From Candidatus Eiseniibacteriota bacterium (GTDB lineage Bacteria; Chloroflexota; Dormibacteria; Dormibacterales; Dormibacteraceae), in assembly GCA_035300725.1 (NCBI GenBank), contig DATGVE010000134.1:981-64980 (forward strand): a stretch of 64,000 bases of DNA, given 5' to 3'. Made by a program: the position numbers and the translations under genes. The notes under the pieces were generated by a model. That model was not told the DNA's origin, made no database searches, and saw only the letters and a program-made list of their open reading frames with translations. Below, piece after piece: positions 61,521 to 64,000 of the stretch (positions are counted from its first letter, which is position 1; each line of letters begins with the position of its first letter).

Positions 61521-62099
61521 TTACGCGTGCGCCTTCTGGCTCCGGAATCGCCTCGCCTTCTCCCGGTTCCCGCAGGAGGCCATCGTGCACCAGCGGCTCG
61601 AGTGGTTCTTGGACCGGTCGTAGAAAGCCCAGCGACACGCCTGCGAGCTGCACAGCTTTAGACGCCTCCAGTTCTCGTCTTCCATAGCCGAGTAAAGGGT
61701 GGCGACGATGCGTCCCATCGCACCGACGACCCCCGTCGCTTCAGGCTCCATGCGGGGCTTGCCGTCCGCGCCAAAGCGCATCCGCAAACCGCTGGCGCTG
61801 GCGGCGCCGTTCAGCGTGGCGATGTCGACGGGATAGACCGGAAAACCGGAGTTAGGGCCGATCGTGCCGCGGATCGCCTCGCGGAGGGCGATCGCGTGCT
61901 TCAGGTCGGAAGCGTCGACGGTATGCGAGCCGTCCATCAGGCCCTTTGCAACGAGCCAGGCCTTGAGCGTGTTTGGGTCGGAGAGATCCTCCGGGCCGTC
62001 CTGGAGGTCAGCGGTATTGACGAAGGCCTGGACGAGGCCGATGTCGCCCGGAGCGGTTTCGCGGTCAGCCACGATTGTGAGTATATCCATAACCCGCAT
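61521..62099 (-). CDS. CGNR zinc-finger / ABATE-domain protein
   Basis: 192 aa. C-terminal CSSQACRWAFYDRSKNHSSRWCTMASCGNREKARRFR. Confidence 0.8.
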   Translation of the reverse strand: MRVMDILTIVADRETAPGDIGLVQAFVNTADLQDGPEDLSDPNTLKAWLVAKGLMDGSHTVDASDLKHAIALREAIRGTIGPNSGFPVYPVDIATLNGAASASGLRMRFGADGKPRMEPEATGVVGAMGRIVATLYSAMEDENWRRLKLCSSQACRWAFYDRSKNHSSRWCTMASCGNREKARRFRSQKAHA

Positions 62100-62160
62100 T
62101 TAACGAACATCGGTTATAATAACTGGCATACAGCGAACATTGGTTACGGAGGAACCAGGC

Positions 62161-62373
62161 ATGTACCAGCATTACAACGAGGACGTCGCGTTCGAGCGCC
62201 TGAAGGATCTGCAGCGGGAGATGGAGAACAGCCGCCTGGCGGCCACCTCCCTTTCCGACCTGGGCTACAGGATCTGGACCTGGGCCAACCGCGCCTCTAC
62301 TTCGCGAGTCGCTTCAATACGGCCACCTGTTCAGCGTCCGGACCGCCGCCCGCGCCAGGCACCTCCAGGATGA
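62161..62373 (+). CDS. small hypothetical protein
   Basis: ATG 62161, 8 nt after GGAGGA. MYQHYNEDVAFERLKDLQREMENSRL... The 3' third overlaps the convergent nfo end, so the real extent is doubtful. Confidence 0.3.
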   Translation: MYQHYNEDVAFERLKDLQREMENSRLAATSLSDLGYRIWTWANRASTSRVASIRPPVQRPDRRPRQAPPG

Positions 62374-63139
62374 ATGGGAGCTTCGCGAGCCTCGGCTCGT
62401 GAAGCAGGGCCCGAAAACCCTCCTCGCCGATCTGCCCGGCTCCGATGTTCGCGTGGCGGTCTCGGTTGGAACCGAGGCCGGTGACGGAGTCGTTGCAGTG
62501 GATGACCTCGACGCGTGAAAGGCCGATGACGCGGTCCAGCTCGTCGAGCGTGTTCGAGACATCAGCAGGGGTGCGTTCGTCGTAGCCGGAGGCGAAGGCG
62601 TGGCACGTGTCGAAGCAGACCGCGACACGTTCGTCGTCGAGCCCGCTCAGCATCTGCGCAATCTCTTCAAAGCGGGCACCGACACAGCCACCGAGCCCGG
62701 CGTTGTTCTCGATCAGCAGGTGGGCGGTGGTCGGATTGGCGCGCTCGAGCACGCTCTTCAGGTGCGCGAGGATCGATGGAAGTCTGGCGTCGAACCCCGC
62801 GCCCTTGTGCGATCCCGTGTGGAAGATGACGCCGTTTGCGCCCAGCTCGTCGGCAGCCTTGAGGTAACCCGCGAGCGTGCTCTCGGAACGCTGTCGCAGC
62901 GTCGGATCGTCGCCGGCGAGGTTGATCAAGTAGACGGCGTGAAAGTAGATGGGCGGGTGGCCGTGCTTGGCAGCAGCCTCTTTGAACGACGCGATTCGAT
63001 TCTCATCAAGCTTCGGCGAGCCCCAGAAACCGGGCGGGGTGGGGTGGATCTGGATCGCCTCGGCGCCCATCGCCTTGGCGCGCTCGAAGGCGAGGTGCAG
63101 GCCGCCGGACGAATCGACGTGCGCTCCAAGCAGTGGCAT
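62297..63139 (-). CDS. nfo: endonuclease IV (AP endonuclease)
   Basis: MPLLGAHVDSSGGL N-terminus as in Nfo, HTGSH, IHCNDS...RDRHANIG. An alternative ATG at 63172 would add 11 aa. Confidence 0.85.
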   Translation of the reverse strand: MPLLGAHVDSSGGLHLAFERAKAMGAEAIQIHPTPPGFWGSPKLDENRIASFKEAAAKHGHPPIYFHAVYLINLAGDDPTLRQRSESTLAGYLKAADELGANGVIFHTGSHKGAGFDARLPSILAHLKSVLERANPTTAHLLIENNAGLGGCVGARFEEIAQMLSGLDDERVAVCFDTCHAFASGYDERTPADVSNTLDELDRVIGLSRVEVIHCNDSVTGLGSNRDRHANIGAGQIGEEGFRALLHEPRLAKLPFILEVPGAGGGPDAEQVAVLKRLAK

Positions 63140-63179
63140 TCCAACCAGAGTAAGGCGGGTCCGTTCTGGCATGCTGGGG

Positions 63180-63377
63180 TTAGTGGCCCGCTCCGGAAGG
63201 TCCGCGCATCTTCGACGCCCTAGTCGGCCGGGTGCCTTTGGCACCGAAGCCGGCGTCGCCTCCTGCGCGCGCTCAGTCACGCATCTACGCGATGCGCTCT
63301 TTCGCGTGCTCGTCGTCTCCTTGGCTCCGGCCGACAAGGTCGCGAATCTGCAGCGGCCCCCCAGAGCGGGCCACTAA
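63180..63377 (+). repeat. structured TIR repeat element, copy C (198 nt)
   Basis: Perfect 14-bp termini TTAGTGGCCCGCTC / GAGCGGGCCACTAA. Inner 9-bp pairing GTCGGCCGG/CCGGCCGAC. Shares the central GTCACGCATC..GATGCGCTC hairpin with copies A and B. It fills the whole divergent spacer between nfo and the MocA-like gene. Confidence 0.75.
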
Positions 63378-63382
63378 TCGAC

Positions 63383-64000
63383 ATGGCGATCTTCGTGATG
63401 GGCGACCTCGATCTGGCGGTCAGAGGGCGCACCTACCGCGAACCTGACGGTCCCCACAGCCTCGTCGTCCGCGGCCGCGACCTCGACTCCGCCCTTCAGC
63501 ACCTGGCATCCCGCGCGGACTGTCGCGCGCTCGCCGTGGTCGGCTTGCCCGAAACGGTGCCGGACATGCTTGCTTTTGCCGGAAGGCGCTTGATGCTTGT
63601 CGACGGCGACAGCGAGCGTCTGCGCGTGTTTGCCGAGAGCGCCATTCGCGCCAACATCGAAGTCGAGTGGATTCGTTCCGCGAGGCCTCCTTTCGAGCGG
63701 CTTGCGGCCGCCCTGCTGCCCATCGGGGCCGTGGTGCTGGCGGCTGGTTCGAGCTCGCGCATGCCCGGATCCCAAAAGGTGCTCCTCGATTTCGATGGCA
63801 AGCCCATGGTTCGTCACGCGATGGAGTCCGCCTCGGAAGGTGGGTGCCACCAGGTCGTCGTCGTGTACTCGACCGATGATGTTCGGGATGCGGTGCACGG
63901 CGATGCGGAGCTGATACACAACCCAAAGGCGAGGACAGGAATGGCGTCGTCGTTGCAGGTGGGGTTGCACGCCATGAGAGGCGACATCGAGGCGGCTGTG
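63383..64000 (+). CDS. MobA/MocA-like nucleotidyltransferase (molybdenum cofactor cytidylyl/guanylyltransferase family) with ~110-aa N-terminal extension; 3' partial
   Basis: Open frame from ATG 63383 to the window end, absent from the ORF track because it has no stop. IGAVVLAAGSSSRMPGSQKVLLDFDGKPMVRH is the NTP_transf_3 signature. Confidence 0.65.
   Translation, partial: MAIFVMGDLDLAVRGRTYREPDGPHSLVVRGRDLDSALQHLASRADCRALAVVGLPETVPDMLAFAGRRLMLVDGDSERLRVFAESAIRANIEVEWIRSARPPFERLAAALLPIGAVVLAAGSSSRMPGSQKVLLDFDGKPMVRHAMESASEGGCHQVVVVYSTDDVRDAVHGDAELIHNPKARTGMASSLQVGLHAMRGDIEAAV

Overview
This is a high-GC (roughly two-thirds G+C by eye) bacterial chromosomal segment, densely coding on both strands. 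It looks like a Terrabacteria-type genome (Actinomycetota- or Chloroflexota-like), but I cannot assign a lineage from sequence alone.

Content:
- About 65 supportable CDSs. Housekeeping genes include cca, glpX, rplI, dnaB, purA, korAB, pntAA/AB/B, thiD, cspA-like and nfo.
- A large accessory set: TetR regulators, alpha/beta hydrolases, SRPBCC/SnoaL/VOC proteins, an orphan histidine kinase, and several alkylation-repair glycosylases.
- One intact tRNA-Gln(CUG).
- One TPP riboswitch.
- One full-length intein with a homing endonuclease inside dnaB.
- A form-II cox-type molybdoenzyme cluster: coxG / coxS-L-M-D-E-F, plus a MocA-like gene running off the window.
- No rRNA, CRISPR array, transposase or integrase gene was recognised.

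Most unusual non-genic signals:
1. A family of three roughly 170-240 nt elements with terminal inverted repeats and internal structure. All are in the same orientation and sit immediately 5' of + strand genes (9.0 kb, 10.15 kb, 63.2 kb).
2. The intact tRNA-Gln is followed by two downstream copies of its anticodon-loop-to-CCA half. Each copy is preceded by a related ~100 nt arm. Together they bracket two gene blocks with no integrase.
3. A 69-bp duplication of the 3' end of an acyl-CoA synthetase gene brackets a 214-bp hairpin-rich insert.
4. A 490-nt convergent gap contains a tandem 41-nt repeat.
5. A low-GC tract extends from the dnaB intein into the downstream extein.

Many long antisense ORFs in the track are high-GC shadow ORFs and were not called.
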